A DNA stretch of 32,565 nucleotides from positions 1 through 32,565 of IMG/VR virus record IMGVR_UViG_3300037519_000052. The stretch is one strand, 5' to 3'. A program made the position numbers and the translations under genes. The stretch's first letter is position 1, and every line of letters begins with the position of its first letter. Below the pieces are notes generated by a model that made no database searches, was not told the origin of the DNA, and worked only from the letters and a program-made list of their open reading frames with translations. Origin of the DNA: a virus. Lineage: Duplodnaviria; Caudoviricetes. This document shows, piece after piece, positions 8,460 to 17,668 of the stretch.

Positions 8460-10656
8460 TTTGTATGATGTTTATAAATTGTGAATTTCTAGGATTTGTA
8501 TATTGGATTTCAATTTCTTTAAATGCAACATCTCCTGTAGTGTTAGCTGCAATTGGAATTAAAAAAGTGCCGTCGCTTGTTACGTCTGCGTATAAAGTGC
8601 CACCATAAATAACGTCGTATTTTTCAGCGTTCAATTTTAAAATAGTAATTTCTAAATCTTGAGCCGTATTATCAATATTGAAAACAGATTTTAACGCAAA
8701 CTTTCCACTTCCAATATTAGCCACTTCTCTAAAATCTGAAATCAATTCCAAATCTACTTCTCCACTTGTTAAGTCTGTAGTGAAAGAATTAATGATATAT
8801 TTTTTATCCTTATAAATTAGTTTGTCATTCAGTTTAATATCGGACAGCATGGTAATTGGCATAATTGCCTTTAGTTTAACAATTCGGCAGCGGATGTTAT
8901 ATAGTGCCGAAATATAGTTTTGATACCACAAAGCGAATAATGAATTATTTGTATAGCCATTCATTAACCAACTGCTCTGCTCGTTTCCAAAGTTCAAACT
9001 TGCAATATCATTATTAATAAATAGTTCGTTTGAAAATCTTTGATAATCAAAAACGCTATCGTAGGTTGTTCCGTTAAAAAATTGAATAGTATTCACAAAT
9101 GGCGTTGTTAAACCATTCTTATACATAAGTATCGGCTTGGGTTTATAGGGCTTTAAATCCTTGTCTATTAACGTTGCAGTGATAAAGTTTTCGTCAATAG
9201 TTTTTTCCCACATTACGTCCTCAAACGGACTTTTAATTTCATAAGTTGCACTCTCATTCGAAAGATTGTCCTCGTACAATAAATCCCCATAATCGAACCC
9301 ACGATTAAAGGTGTTTCTAAAAGCATTATTTAAAATGCTTTCCGATTTTTCGTGTGCAAAACTTAATTTTTTATAAAGTTTAGTTCGGTCGAAATCTACG
9401 CTATCATTTATTACGAAATTATTAATATCGGTATATTTTCCATAGCTGTAGAAAAATTCCAAAGGCTCTAGATTAAAAGAAGTTTCTGAAGTTGCAGTAA
9501 TTGTAAGATTAAATAATTTAATAATTCCATTGAAAAAATCTACTACTTTTATGTCTGGAACAATAGCAGATAAATTAATGTCAGATGTTGTCGATGCAGA
9601 TATAGCAGCATAGTCATTTACTTCAATATACTGTTGACTTTGGTCATCATATTCTATTGTAGTTATTATTCTTTCTCCCGTAATTGTTAATGCTCCTAAA
9701 GTTTCAACATAAATATAAATTGGGTCAAAACCTCCAGTATTATATGCAGAAAAAATGTTAATTGATTGAATACCTATTATGTTATCAAATACATTTACAA
9801 CTAACCCAGTTGCGTTTTTTACTATAATTCTGTAAGGCACTAATAAATCAGAAGGACTACAATAAATTGTTATTATAGTATAGTTAAAATCATACGAAAA
9901 ATCATATTCAAATAAAAATATTGGCGGTGAATAAACATTTTGTTTTTTCTCACTATTCTTGCAATACAAATAAAGTTCACTCCAATACGAAGTATCAAAC
10001 AAAGTGCTTGTAAAAGTTATGTCATATCTATTCTCTATAAACTCAAATACTTTGCTTACCGGTATAGCAGGAAACAAATCGGAATAAACTACCGAAGTGT
10101 CAGGGCTTGACCCAATAGTTACATCATAAGCTCCACCATTCCCGTATGTGTATTGGTGTTGATTGCCTACTATTGGATAATAAACATTGTCTGTAGTTGT
10201 GCCATCAATTCTATTTTTAACCTCTGTAGGCGTATAATTATGATTAAGTGAAGTGTAATCTAATATTGATAATTTTTCCTCTTTAAATAGGTCTTTAATC
10301 TGTTTTACTTTTCCGTAAAATGTAATCGAATAGCTTTCTAAACGATTGTTTTTTTCGTTTGCTTTCTCAATTTGTATCTTACCACTTTTAAAAGGAATAG
10401 AATTCAACTCAATTATTGCGTCGTATCTAATACGTTGGTCAAATCCATCATTAACTCCGCTTTCGTTCCAATAATTGAAAATAATATTATTATTTTTGGA
10501 TGCAGGAATAGTGAAACTTTGCGTATAGTCTGTAAATACTTTCGAAAGGTCGTTAATGTTTTGAACGCTTGAAGTCAAAGAAATTTTTTCGTCCTTGAAT
10601 AAATCAATTCTTTTTAATTCCGTGCCTAATTTTATGTAAATTTCTACGCTTACCAT
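8452..10656 (-). CDS. Tail tip/baseplate hub-like protein
   Basis: 734 aa; N-terminal IDLF...ISLT..VQNINDLSKVFTDYTQSFTIPASKNN; adjacent to tape measure gene. Confidence 0.7.
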   Translation of the reverse strand: MVSVEIYIKLGTELKRIDLFKDEKISLTSSVQNINDLSKVFTDYTQSFTIPASKNNNIIFNYWNESGVNDGFDQRIRYDAIIELNSIPFKSGKIQIEKANEKNNRLESYSITFYGKVKQIKDLFKEEKLSILDYTSLNHNYTPTEVKNRIDGTTTDNVYYPIVGNQHQYTYGNGGAYDVTIGSSPDTSVVYSDLFPAIPVSKVFEFIENRYDITFTSTLFDTSYWSELYLYCKNSEKKQNVYSPPIFLFEYDFSYDFNYTIITIYCSPSDLLVPYRIIVKNATGLVVNVFDNIIGIQSINIFSAYNTGGFDPIYIYVETLGALTITGERIITTIEYDDQSQQYIEVNDYAAISASTTSDINLSAIVPDIKVVDFFNGIIKLFNLTITATSETSFNLEPLEFFYSYGKYTDINNFVINDSVDFDRTKLYKKLSFAHEKSESILNNAFRNTFNRGFDYGDLLYEDNLSNESATYEIKSPFEDVMWEKTIDENFITATLIDKDLKPYKPKPILMYKNGLTTPFVNTIQFFNGTTYDSVFDYQRFSNELFINNDIASLNFGNEQSSWLMNGYTNNSLFALWYQNYISALYNIRCRIVKLKAIMPITMLSDIKLNDKLIYKDKKYIINSFTTDLTSGEVDLELISDFREVANIGSGKFALKSVFNIDNTAQDLEITILKLNAEKYDVIYGGTLYADVTSDGTFLIPIAANTTGDVAFKEIEIQYTNPRNSQFINIIQNA

Positions 10657-11738
10657 TATACAACGTTATTTATTAATTGTGATGCAACCTCAAACTCAAA
10701 TTCGTAGTTAATTACTTTCTCGTTAAGATTTGTTTTTAAAAGTTGTGAGCTTGTTTTTAAAGTAACTGCCTTTGTAACCGTTGCTCCTTCTTCCGTGTAA
10801 GTCAATAATAGATTTTCAGAAAGCAAAATATCTTTTACATTTTCGTTTTCGCTTTCGTTAACCCATCCCGAATTACATTTAATTGATTTACTTCCATTTT
10901 TATTGAAAACTCTTTTTTGTCCTAAAGAAGCGTCATAAATTGGATAAGTAGTAAAAGTATTAGTATTGTATTCTGAACCCTTAGCTTCGATATTTTGAGT
11001 TGAATTTTTAAAGAAAGTCATTGATTGCAAACCGCCATATCTATTTACATAATCTAATTTAATCGGAGTGTATTTTGGCTCGCAAAGGTTAACTAAACGA
11101 ATTTGAAAAACCTTTTCAATTTCTGGATCAACTCCTAAAGGAATTTTAAATATTTGAAAGTAATTTTTTACATTATAATGAATAGAGCTATTTGTAAGTT
11201 CTAACCTTTTAAATAAATAGGATGAATTATTAGAAATTGTTTCAGAATCTGAAAATACACCATCGGAAATAATACATTGATAGTCTCCATTAAAATCAGT
11301 AAAGTCAAAGATAAAGTCTAAGGTAGGGAAATTTAAACCCCTTGTGTAGTTAATATCATAAGCAACCTCTTTTGATAATGCAATAAACTCTTTATCTTCT
11401 ATGTCGTTTGGATTTAAGTAATCAGAATATCCGTTAGTAGAAACAAATAGTGCTGTATCAAATTGGGTGTATGTAGTTCCGTCAAACCAAAATTTAGTTA
11501 TACCTACAACACATCCCCACATATCTGTATTTAACGTATTTAAAACATCGAAAACAAACGGACTTATATTATAATAATTTATTCTATTAGTAGGAGAAAA
11601 CATTTTTTTTTCAATTTCCTTAACTAAAAGCGTGTTGCTATCTTGAGCAAAAACCTCAATTACTAATTTCGTTCCTACCTGGTCAATGTCGCCATCTACC
11701 TCAACTATAAAAGGACTTCTGCAATTAAATCTATCCAT
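10656..11738 (-). CDS. Tail protein (distal-tail-like)
   Basis: 360 aa; CEPKYTP...VNRYGG...NSGWV...ILLSE C-terminal domain; translationally coupled in tail operon. Confidence 0.6.
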   Translation of the reverse strand: MDRFNCRSPFIVEVDGDIDQVGTKLVIEVFAQDSNTLLVKEIEKKMFSPTNRINYYNISPFVFDVLNTLNTDMWGCVVGITKFWFDGTTYTQFDTALFVSTNGYSDYLNPNDIEDKEFIALSKEVAYDINYTRGLNFPTLDFIFDFTDFNGDYQCIISDGVFSDSETISNNSSYLFKRLELTNSSIHYNVKNYFQIFKIPLGVDPEIEKVFQIRLVNLCEPKYTPIKLDYVNRYGGLQSMTFFKNSTQNIEAKGSEYNTNTFTTYPIYDASLGQKRVFNKNGSKSIKCNSGWVNESENENVKDILLSENLLLTYTEEGATVTKAVTLKTSSQLLKTNLNEKVINYEFEFEVASQLINNVV

Positions 11739-12274
11739 TATTTTATATCTTTTAGTGTGTATTTCATTAAGTCCTCAACATCTAAACCAAATTGGTTTAT
11801 TAAATCGTCATCAATGTATTTTTTGTATCCAGCCTCAAATGGTTTTGTAAAGAATAAACTCGGTCTTAATCCTTTCATATAAATGCTACGACTAATTAAA
11901 AATGCAGTATTTTTATAACTCATAAATTTACCGCTTTCTTTATCCCGAAATTGAAAACCTTTTCTTTTAACCCAGCTTTCAATTCCTTTTGTTAACCCGC
12001 CTTTCTGCCCTGTACCGCTTCCAAATTTAAACGGACTATTGGGTGCTTTCATACTTGAAAATTTACCCTTTACCCCTTTATCTTGAAACTGTCCGTACAT
12101 TGGCATTTCAAACCCTAATTCAAAACTATTCTTTGATGCCTTTACGTTTCCTTTAATTTCCGAATATAGTCGTTTAGTATCGTTGTGACCGCTTTTAGTC
12201 AAGTTACTACGTGATTGTTGTATCACGTAATCCCTAAATTTTTCAAGTGTCTTTTGTGTGTGTTCTAAATTCAT
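11738..12274 (-). CDS. Neck/tail-completion protein (HK97 gp10-like)
   Basis: Basic 178 aa; YGQFQDKGV, WVKRKG, ISRSIY.KG..P..FF motifs. Confidence 0.6.
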   Translation of the reverse strand: MNLEHTQKTLEKFRDYVIQQSRSNLTKSGHNDTKRLYSEIKGNVKASKNSFELGFEMPMYGQFQDKGVKGKFSSMKAPNSPFKFGSGTGQKGGLTKGIESWVKRKGFQFRDKESGKFMSYKNTAFLISRSIYMKGLRPSLFFTKPFEAGYKKYIDDDLINQFGLDVEDLMKYTLKDIK

Positions 12275-12735
12275 TTACAAATAGTCATATCGTTACCACA
12301 TTCAACTCCGAAAGTTAAAGTCCATCCTACTATTTTATTTTCAAATCTGTCGCTGAAAGCTTCAAAATTTACATTGCCATTTAATTCATAACCTAAATCG
12401 CAAAGCGCACCTCTACGCAAAGAAGCAATTAACCTATTACCTATTTCAAATTGACTATTTAAAATATCCGCTTCGTTATCGTTATTATAAAAAACGTCAT
12501 AATTTGCATCTTTTGATATATCACAAACGTCCATTAATAAAACAGAAACGTTAAATACATTTGTGTTACCGCTTTCGCTTTGTGTTGCTGTATTAACAAC
12601 GATGTGAGCCAAAGGGAATATTGTGGCCTTATTTACATCGACGTTGAATATATCGCCTTGTGAAACGTTATTAATTATTCCATCCTGTAAAAGTGAGTCT
12701 TTTAAAACTTCGGTTATTTGATAATAGTTATTCAT
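12271..12735 (-). CDS. Putative tail terminator protein
   Basis: Acidic 154 aa; IFPLAHI and F.DRFEN...GW motifs; position in tail operon. Confidence 0.6.
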   Translation of the reverse strand: MNNYYQITEVLKDSLLQDGIINNVSQGDIFNVDVNKATIFPLAHIVVNTATQSESGNTNVFNVSVLLMDVCDISKDANYDVFYNNDNEADILNSQFEIGNRLIASLRRGALCDLGYELNGNVNFEAFSDRFENKIVGWTLTFGVECGNDMTICK

Positions 12736-12982
12736 TTTTCTTGAGCATTGATTGTTCTATTTCTATTTTTTCCTTTTCAAATGTTAGGAACGTTAAAGCA
12801 CTTGTAAGTTGTAATTTGGAAACTTCATCAAATCTTCTAATGTCAGCTTGAGAGAGAGCATAGTAAGAGCTATACCATTTCCACTTAGCTCCGAATTGTG
12901 CTTGTCGATTAAAGCTTTCACTTGCGGGTTCTCCTCCAAATAATTCAGAGAACTGAGTAATAATTCGTTGCTTAAATTGTAA
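12728..12982 (-). CDS. -1 frameshift extension of tail assembly chaperone (gpGT-like; fused product about 247 aa from 13470)
   Basis: Frame entered at the G-TTTTTTTTT-AC run (12981-12989); protein-like FGAKWKWYSSYYALS...LTFLTFEKEK only downstream of the run; overlaps next gene start. Confidence 0.7.
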   Translation of the reverse strand, partial: LQFKQRIITQFSELFGGEPASESFNRQAQFGAKWKWYSSYYALSQADIRRFDEVSKLQLTSALTFLTFEKEKIEIEQSMLKKNE

Positions 12983-13470
12983 AAAAAAACCATCGCACCA
13001 AAAACTACATCCATTGGCATATGTTTCATTACATCGCAATAGGTTATAGTTCCGTTGTATTGTTCAATTAAATATTTATCTTTTGACTTGCCGGTAATAG
13101 GACGGTATAAAACAGACATTGCATTGTGCATCTTGTCAATTTTACCAAAGTAATTATCCAAGTCGCTAAACTCTCCTAAACTAATTTCGTCAAGGTTCGG
13201 AATAAAACCAAAGTTAGTATTTCCTAGTTTAAAAATAGTTTGCAGTTTATGGTCTTGAGTAAACATCGCATTAATACTTGTAGTAATTTCGTTTACATCT
13301 TTTAATGACATATTAGACGCAACACTCAAAGGTATGTTGCAGAATATCTCTAGCATTTTTAATTGTAGAAAATTGCCCTCCTCGTTCTTTTCAGATATAG
13401 AAACAAATCTTTGGTACTGCTCCAAAGTGATTTCATTTAACGAGGTTGGAATAGTGATTTTAACTTTCAT
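12793..13470 (-). CDS. Tail assembly chaperone (gpG-like), 225 aa
   Basis: Start at 13470 (MKVKITIPTSLNEITLEQYQ) directly behind late promoter copy 3; contains the slippery run. Confidence 0.7.
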   Translation of the reverse strand: MKVKITIPTSLNEITLEQYQRFVSISEKNEEGNFLQLKMLEIFCNIPLSVASNMSLKDVNEITTSINAMFTQDHKLQTIFKLGNTNFGFIPNLDEISLGEFSDLDNYFGKIDKMHNAMSVLYRPITGKSKDKYLIEQYNGTITYCDVMKHMPMDVVFGAMVFFYNLSNELLLSSLNYLEENPQVKALIDKHNSELSGNGIALTMLSLKLTLEDLMKFPNYNLQVL

Positions 13471-13500
13471 ATTTATATAACGTTTTAATTGTTTTTTTGT
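13471..13500 (-). promoter_or_regulatory. Putative late (ECF-sigma-type) promoter, copy 3
   Basis: Minus strand ACAAAAAAACAATTAAAACGTTATATAAAT-ATG; AC-N16-CGTTAT; 12 nt to ATG. Confidence 0.7.
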
Positions 13501-13504
13501 AGTA

Positions 13505-14713
13505 CTAGTAGATGAAATAACTTCCTTTGTTTGGATTTGATAGGTTAAAAAATACATTGTAACGGATTGCATCGATAGCATGGTTAAAGTTATCTATTAC
13601 TAACCCGCTTTTTTTATCTGAATAAATGTAATTGTTTAACTCCTTTGCTATGTTTGTCGAATTTGGCTCAACTATTAATTCATAATCTTGCATCAAAGCA
13701 ATACCAGCGCTTATACTTCCTGCTCCCTTTTCAGTTGCTTTAATATTACATCCGTTGTTTTGCATTTCAGCAATCAAACGAGGCTCAGCACTATCCGCAA
13801 TAATTAATTTATCACCGCAAATCCTTTTATTTATAATTGATATTTCTGACGTTGTTAATTTTGGTTTATAAAGATGTTCGAATAAATATATTTTCTTTTT
13901 ATTTTTATCAATTGCAACTTCGATAAGTGTAGTTGGGTCGATACTAAATCCAAAATCTTGACCGAAAGAAGTTTGTAAATTGTCGGGGTTAAATTCTCCA
14001 AAACTCCAATTTGTAAAAACAACTCCTTCAGCTTTATCTAACCAACCGCCTAGAATAACGTGTTGAAACTTTTTGGGGTTGCTTTGCTTTGTAAGTTCGA
14101 TTTGATTTATAAAACTTTCCGAAAGGTTTTCTTTATTATCCAAATAGGTTGTATGGATATAAGAAGTATCGCCATTGATTAAATTAGAACCCTCTTTAAT
14201 TCCTTTGCTTTCGTAGAAACGATTATAAATAAAATGTTCTTTTGTCGTTGGATTTAGAATTAAGATAACTCTATTTTGTTTTTGTTGGTGCCGTATTGAT
14301 AAATCAATTTTATCGAATATGCTTTCATCTACCAATTCCTCAGCTTCATCGAGTACCCAAGTAGTAACCCCCGAAATAGATTTTAAGTTTGCCGTTTGAG
14401 TTCCGGAACTTGTTTTAATACCTCGAAATATTATTTTACTTCCAGTTCTTAAATTAATAATTTCATCTTTTGTAATACTAAAATCGTGATGCAAATCTTG
14501 TGTTTCAATTTTATCAATAAATTCTGGAATAATAGAAATGTGCGCTGAGGTTAAAGTGTAACGAGTAAACAAAATAATATGTCCAACCTCGTAAGTAAGC
14601 ATAAGTAAAAAGGAGTTCACGGAATATGATTTTCCCGAACCCCTTCCCCCTGAAATTATAAAGTATCTACTATCAGAAACGAGTAGACTATATTTATTGT
14701 TTAGGTTTATCAA
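13505..14713 (-). CDS. terL: Terminase large subunit, PBSX family
   Basis: Walker A GGRGSGKS, Walker B WVLDEAEE, LNP motif, nuclease DFG and NHAIDAIRY. Confidence 0.95.
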   Translation of the reverse strand: MINLNNKYSLLVSDSRYFIISGGRGSGKSYSVNSFLLMLTYEVGHIILFTRYTLTSAHISIIPEFIDKIETQDLHHDFSITKDEIINLRTGSKIIFRGIKTSSGTQTANLKSISGVTTWVLDEAEELVDESIFDKIDLSIRHQQKQNRVILILNPTTKEHFIYNRFYESKGIKEGSNLINGDTSYIHTTYLDNKENLSESFINQIELTKQSNPKKFQHVILGGWLDKAEGVVFTNWSFGEFNPDNLQTSFGQDFGFSIDPTTLIEVAIDKNKKKIYLFEHLYKPKLTTSEISIINKRICGDKLIIADSAEPRLIAEMQNNGCNIKATEKGAGSISAGIALMQDYELIVEPNSTNIAKELNNYIYSDKKSGLVIDNFNHAIDAIRYNVFFNLSNPNKGSYFIY

Positions 14714-14981
14714 AAGAGAATAAAGATTTAATATCGAAATCGTTTATATTATGCGTCGTTTCGATTGTTTCCTTTGGCTTACCGAATAAATGTTCAGCTA
14801 TAAAAATCTGACCTCTTTGGCTATTGTATAAATCCTTTGCTAATTCTATTCTTGCCTCTTCATCTGTTTCGACATTTTTTACTTGTTTAATAGCAGACAA
14901 AAAAACAGTATTTGTTTTTTCAAAATCTTGTTTGCTTTTATTCCCTGAGTTAGGCCTTACCCCTCCATGTCCATTTGCCAT
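14694..14981 (-). CDS. Putative terminase small subunit
   Basis: Directly upstream of and overlapping terL; HGGVRPNSG N-terminus and FGKP motif. Confidence 0.6.
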   Translation of the reverse strand: MANGHGGVRPNSGNKSKQDFEKTNTVFLSAIKQVKNVETDEEARIELAKDLYNSQRGQIFIAEHLFGKPKETIETTHNINDFDIKSLFSFDKPKQ

Positions 14982-14998
14982 CTTGAAAAAAAATTTGG

Positions 14999-15373
14999 TT
15001 ATTCAACTTCTTCTTTGTATGTATCGTAAACTTTTCTCAATTCATTAACTCTATCTCTCCAGCAACTAGCGCAACTCGATTGTTCTAATTTAGTACCGAA
15101 AACTCTTTCGTAAATTTCGATTAACTTATATTGTTGATTTATGGAAAGTTCGTTTAGAAACTTACTAAACAAAATCGTTAGATAATTGTAATCGTCCTCT
15201 ATTAAACAATTTGGTTTTGCGTATGGAAACAATCTGTTTAACGCTTCTTTGCGCTTACTACATCCGCAGTCAAATCCACTTAACTCTACAAGCTTTTTAA
15301 TTCCTGTAGCTTCGGTAATCTTTTCGATTGTATCACCTAATCCTATTGATTTTTTTTGTCGTCCTTTTGCCAT
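14999..15373 (-). CDS. Conserved-type phage protein with Cys motifs
   Basis: GLGDTIEKIT..TGIK, DCGC..RK..LN and CASC motifs; function unknown. Confidence 0.7.
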   Translation of the reverse strand: MAKGRQKKSIGLGDTIEKITEATGIKKLVELSGFDCGCSKRKEALNRLFPYAKPNCLIEDDYNYLTILFSKFLNELSINQQYKLIEIYERVFGTKLEQSSCASCWRDRVNELRKVYDTYKEEVE

Positions 15374-15510
15374 GTTATATTTTCTTTATTTATATTATTT
15401 AATAAATCAAATTCAAATGAATTATTATTTTTTTCTAACCATTCACCATCCCATAGATGATTTTCAGTTAAATATTTTGGGCACATAAAAGGTAATGTAT
15501 ATTTTTTCAT
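15343..15510 (-). CDS. Small hypothetical protein (55 aa)
   Basis: Hand-translated MKKYTLPFMCPKYLTENHLWDGEW...; fills intergenic gap. Confidence 0.45.
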   Translation of the reverse strand: MKKYTLPFMCPKYLTENHLWDGEWLEKNNNSFEFDLLNNINKENITWQKDDKKNQ

Positions 15511-15522
15511 AGTTTTTTATAG

Positions 15523-15762
15523 TTATTTACTATTAATAGCATCTAAATAATCTTCTTTTGAAATATAAGAATTAAATTTAGAATTAATTAATTTACTTTT
15601 ATCTACATTTCCAAATATATCATTATCTTTTTCTTTTAATTTATTTTCAAACATCATAAATCTAATAAATTGAGATGTATTCATACCTTTATAAACTGCA
15701 GCAATTTCAATTTGAATTTTTTCTGCTTTAGTTAATCTAATTAATAATGTTGTTTTTTCCAT
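15523..15762 (-). CDS. Ribbon-helix-helix DNA-binding protein
   Basis: TTLLIRLT..EK..IE.AA...GMNTSQFIR pattern. Confidence 0.65.
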   Translation of the reverse strand: MEKTTLLIRLTKAEKIQIEIAAVYKGMNTSQFIRFMMFENKLKEKDNDIFGNVDKSKLINSKFNSYISKEDYLDAINSK

Positions 15763-16172
15763 TTTTCTTTTATTTTAGTGTTACACTTTTGTATTGTCGT
15801 GAAAATAGTTTTTAAACTTATTTTTGTTTCTTTTGCTATTTTGCGCATTGTCATTTTTTCATCATAATAGAGAAAGAAAATCTCTTTATCAAACCAATGA
15901 AAATCGTCTACTATTTCCAAAACCTCGTTTTGTTGTTCTATTTCTGAAATTATATTGACCTCGTCAATTGATACTTTTATAATCTTTTTTTGCTTTCGGT
16001 GTAAATCCATTGCTAAACTTCGCAAGGTTAAAAAGAAATAGCTTTCGTTTACTCTTTCTTTTTCTAGACATTTTATGTATGCCTCTTGTACTACATCCTC
16101 AGCATAGTCGGTTATCCCAAATTGCTTAACAATATTTATCCAGCGATTATGTTGTTTACAAATTTCTTTCAA
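15741..16172 (-). CDS. ECF-type RNA polymerase sigma factor
   Basis: Region 2 AEDVVQEAYIK...YFFLTLRSLAMD; region 4 HTH MTMRKIAKETKISLKTIF; TTG start. Confidence 0.85.
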   Translation of the reverse strand: MKEICKQHNRWINIVKQFGITDYAEDVVQEAYIKCLEKERVNESYFFLTLRSLAMDLHRKQKKIIKVSIDEVNIISEIEQQNEVLEIVDDFHWFDKEIFFLYYDEKMTMRKIAKETKISLKTIFTTIQKCNTKIKEKWKKQHY

Positions 16173-16335
16173 TTATTCTCATATTACAGAAATTTAAATA
16201 TTCTTTGGCTATTCTATGCGCTTCTTTTAGTTGTCTAATTTCTACAAAGTTAGTGACTTTTATGTTTACTTCGACATTTTTTGTATAATGAATATAAATC
16301 TGCACAATGCAAATCATACTTTCTATGCTATCCAT
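16156..16335 (-). CDS. Hypothetical protein (59 aa)
   Basis: Hand-translated MDSIESMICIVQIYIHYTKNVEVNI...; overlaps both neighbours. Confidence 0.6.
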   Translation of the reverse strand: MDSIESMICIVQIYIHYTKNVEVNIKVTNFVEIRQLKEAHRIAKEYLNFCNMRIIERNL

Positions 16336-16606
16336 TGGTGAACAACTCGTGTGTATCTATACCTGTAAATCTGAAAATAGTATTTCGCAACTCCTCACCT
16401 AAATTCTTAGCCATTAGTTCGCAATCTTTATTTGGCATTTCTTGTTCCGTTTGCAGTTCAAACATTTTGTCCATTAATGCAGACTGAAATATAAAGATTG
16501 CAGCGCGAAAACCCTCCTTTGTGAATTCGGGTTTATAGGCAGCAAACTCCAATAAGCTGTTTTCAATTTCTTCTAATATTGGGGATAATTCTTTTCCTAT
16601 TGCCAT
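16328..16606 (-). CDS. Hypothetical protein
   Basis: 92 aa ORF, translationally coupled. Confidence 0.65.
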   Translation of the reverse strand: MAIGKELSPILEEIENSLLEFAAYKPEFTKEGFRAAIFIFQSALMDKMFELQTEQEMPNKDCELMAKNLGEELRNTIFRFTGIDTHELFTNG

Positions 16607-16830
16607 TATAAATTTATTTTTATTTTTCTTGTTTCACAACTTAATTTATGCACTCCATCTTTTTGTCCGCAATTAGGACAACTTATTTCCCAAAAGTAAC
16701 TGCAACTATATGCGTCTTCTTCCCTGTCAAAAGTTCCGTAAGATTGCCATTTACCAACTGGAGCTATAAATCTATAACATTTGTCTTTTGAAGGACAAAG
16801 AAAATCCATACATTTTGATATATCTGCCAT
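16606..16830 (-). CDS. Cys-rich (zinc-binding-like) hypothetical protein
   Basis: MADISKC...CP.K..CYRF and CPNC...H..SC. Confidence 0.65.
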   Translation of the reverse strand: MADISKCMDFLCPSKDKCYRFIAPVGKWQSYGTFDREEDAYSCSYFWEISCPNCGQKDGVHKLSCETRKIKINL

Positions 16831-16831
16831 A

Positions 16832-16921
16832 TTAATTTCCTTTTTCGATTAAATAATACCACAACCAAATCAATTTTTTTCTTATAAACTCGTATGCAAT
16901 TAGTAATAAAATGTAATTCAT
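16832..16921 (-). CDS. Small hydrophobic peptide (29 aa)
   Basis: Hand-translated MNYILLLIAYEFIRKKLIWLWYYLIEKGN; ATGA overlap with upstream gene. Confidence 0.5.
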   Translation of the reverse strand: MNYILLLIAYEFIRKKLIWLWYYLIEKGN

Positions 16922-17079
16922 AATTGATATGTTAAATAATAATATTCAAAGTTTTTTTTAAAAGTTACCCATTGAGAATAACTAATTATTTTTTCAAAGG
17001 TAATAAAAGTTTTTTTATGCGTTGCAACTAATTTTAATTTTGTATCTGGATGCAACGCAAATTGATTATTCTTTGCCAT
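16918..17079 (-). CDS. Hypothetical protein
   Basis: Likely start MAKNNQF at 17079, overlapping the ninG stop region. Confidence 0.5.
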   Translation of the reverse strand: MAKNNQFALHPDTKLKLVATHKKTFITFEKIISYSQWVTFKKNFEYYYLTYQL

Positions 17080-17668
17080 ATTCTTTGATTTTAATATCGT
17101 ATTGCATTTTTTTAGCAATTAATTCCTCTTTGGTGTACTTTTTAACTCGGTTAATGTCGCAAATGTTATCTAAATTAGTAACATAATCTAAGCCATATCT
17201 TTCAATTAATCCCTTGCGAAAGTTTAATTCATTACCATTCATAAACCTATTACATTTTCTGCATTGTTTGTGGCAATTATTTTCGTTAAAAATTAATCCA
17301 GAATAAACCTCAGCTTTATAAAAGTGGCCGCCATCAAATGTATCCGCTTGGGTGCTTCCACAAGAAACGCAAGGCTTATCACTATCACGTAATCTTATCC
17401 ACTTTTGAAATGATTTTCTTGCGTCCGATTTATATTCTCCTAACGTTTTAAGTTTTGCCCTTAAATCGCTTTTAAATGCTTTCGCTGTATCTGATTTAAC
17501 CTTTAAGTTAATTTTATTAAATACAACTTTACCGGCATCGGAGTTAAAAAGAAAATCTGAAAGGCAGGAACTGCATAAACCAAACGTACGATACATAGTT
17601 AATTTACCGCAACCATCTATCATTCGAGCTTTATTTATTCCTTTGCAGGATTTTTCTTTTAAAATCAT
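17066..17668 (-). CDS. ninG: NinG/Rap-family HNH-type recombination nuclease
   Basis: FQKWIRLRD..KPCVSCG...DGGHF...FNENNCHKQC..CN....GN. Confidence 0.88.
   Translation of the reverse strand: MILKEKSCKGINKARMIDGCGKLTMYRTFGLCSSCLSDFLFNSDAGKVVFNKINLKVKSDTAKAFKSDLRAKLKTLGEYKSDARKSFQKWIRLRDSDKPCVSCGSTQADTFDGGHFYKAEVYSGLIFNENNCHKQCRKCNRFMNGNELNFRKGLIERYGLDYVTNLDNICDINRVKKYTKEELIAKKMQYDIKIKEYGKE

Noticed and set aside
12983-13039. Independent start (MRCNETYANG...) for the 103-aa ORF
   Set aside because: The sequence before the T9 run does not look like a real protein; entry by -1 frameshift explains the frame better
13471-13581. N-terminal extension of the 262-aa ORF
   Set aside because: Overlaps terL and the late promoter; the ATG at 13470 fits the promoter geometry
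16245-16252. TAACTTTG as a -7 promoter for the sigma gene
   Set aside because: Lies inside a coding region with no clear -33 element; such 8-mers occur by chance in AT-rich DNA, so left uncalled
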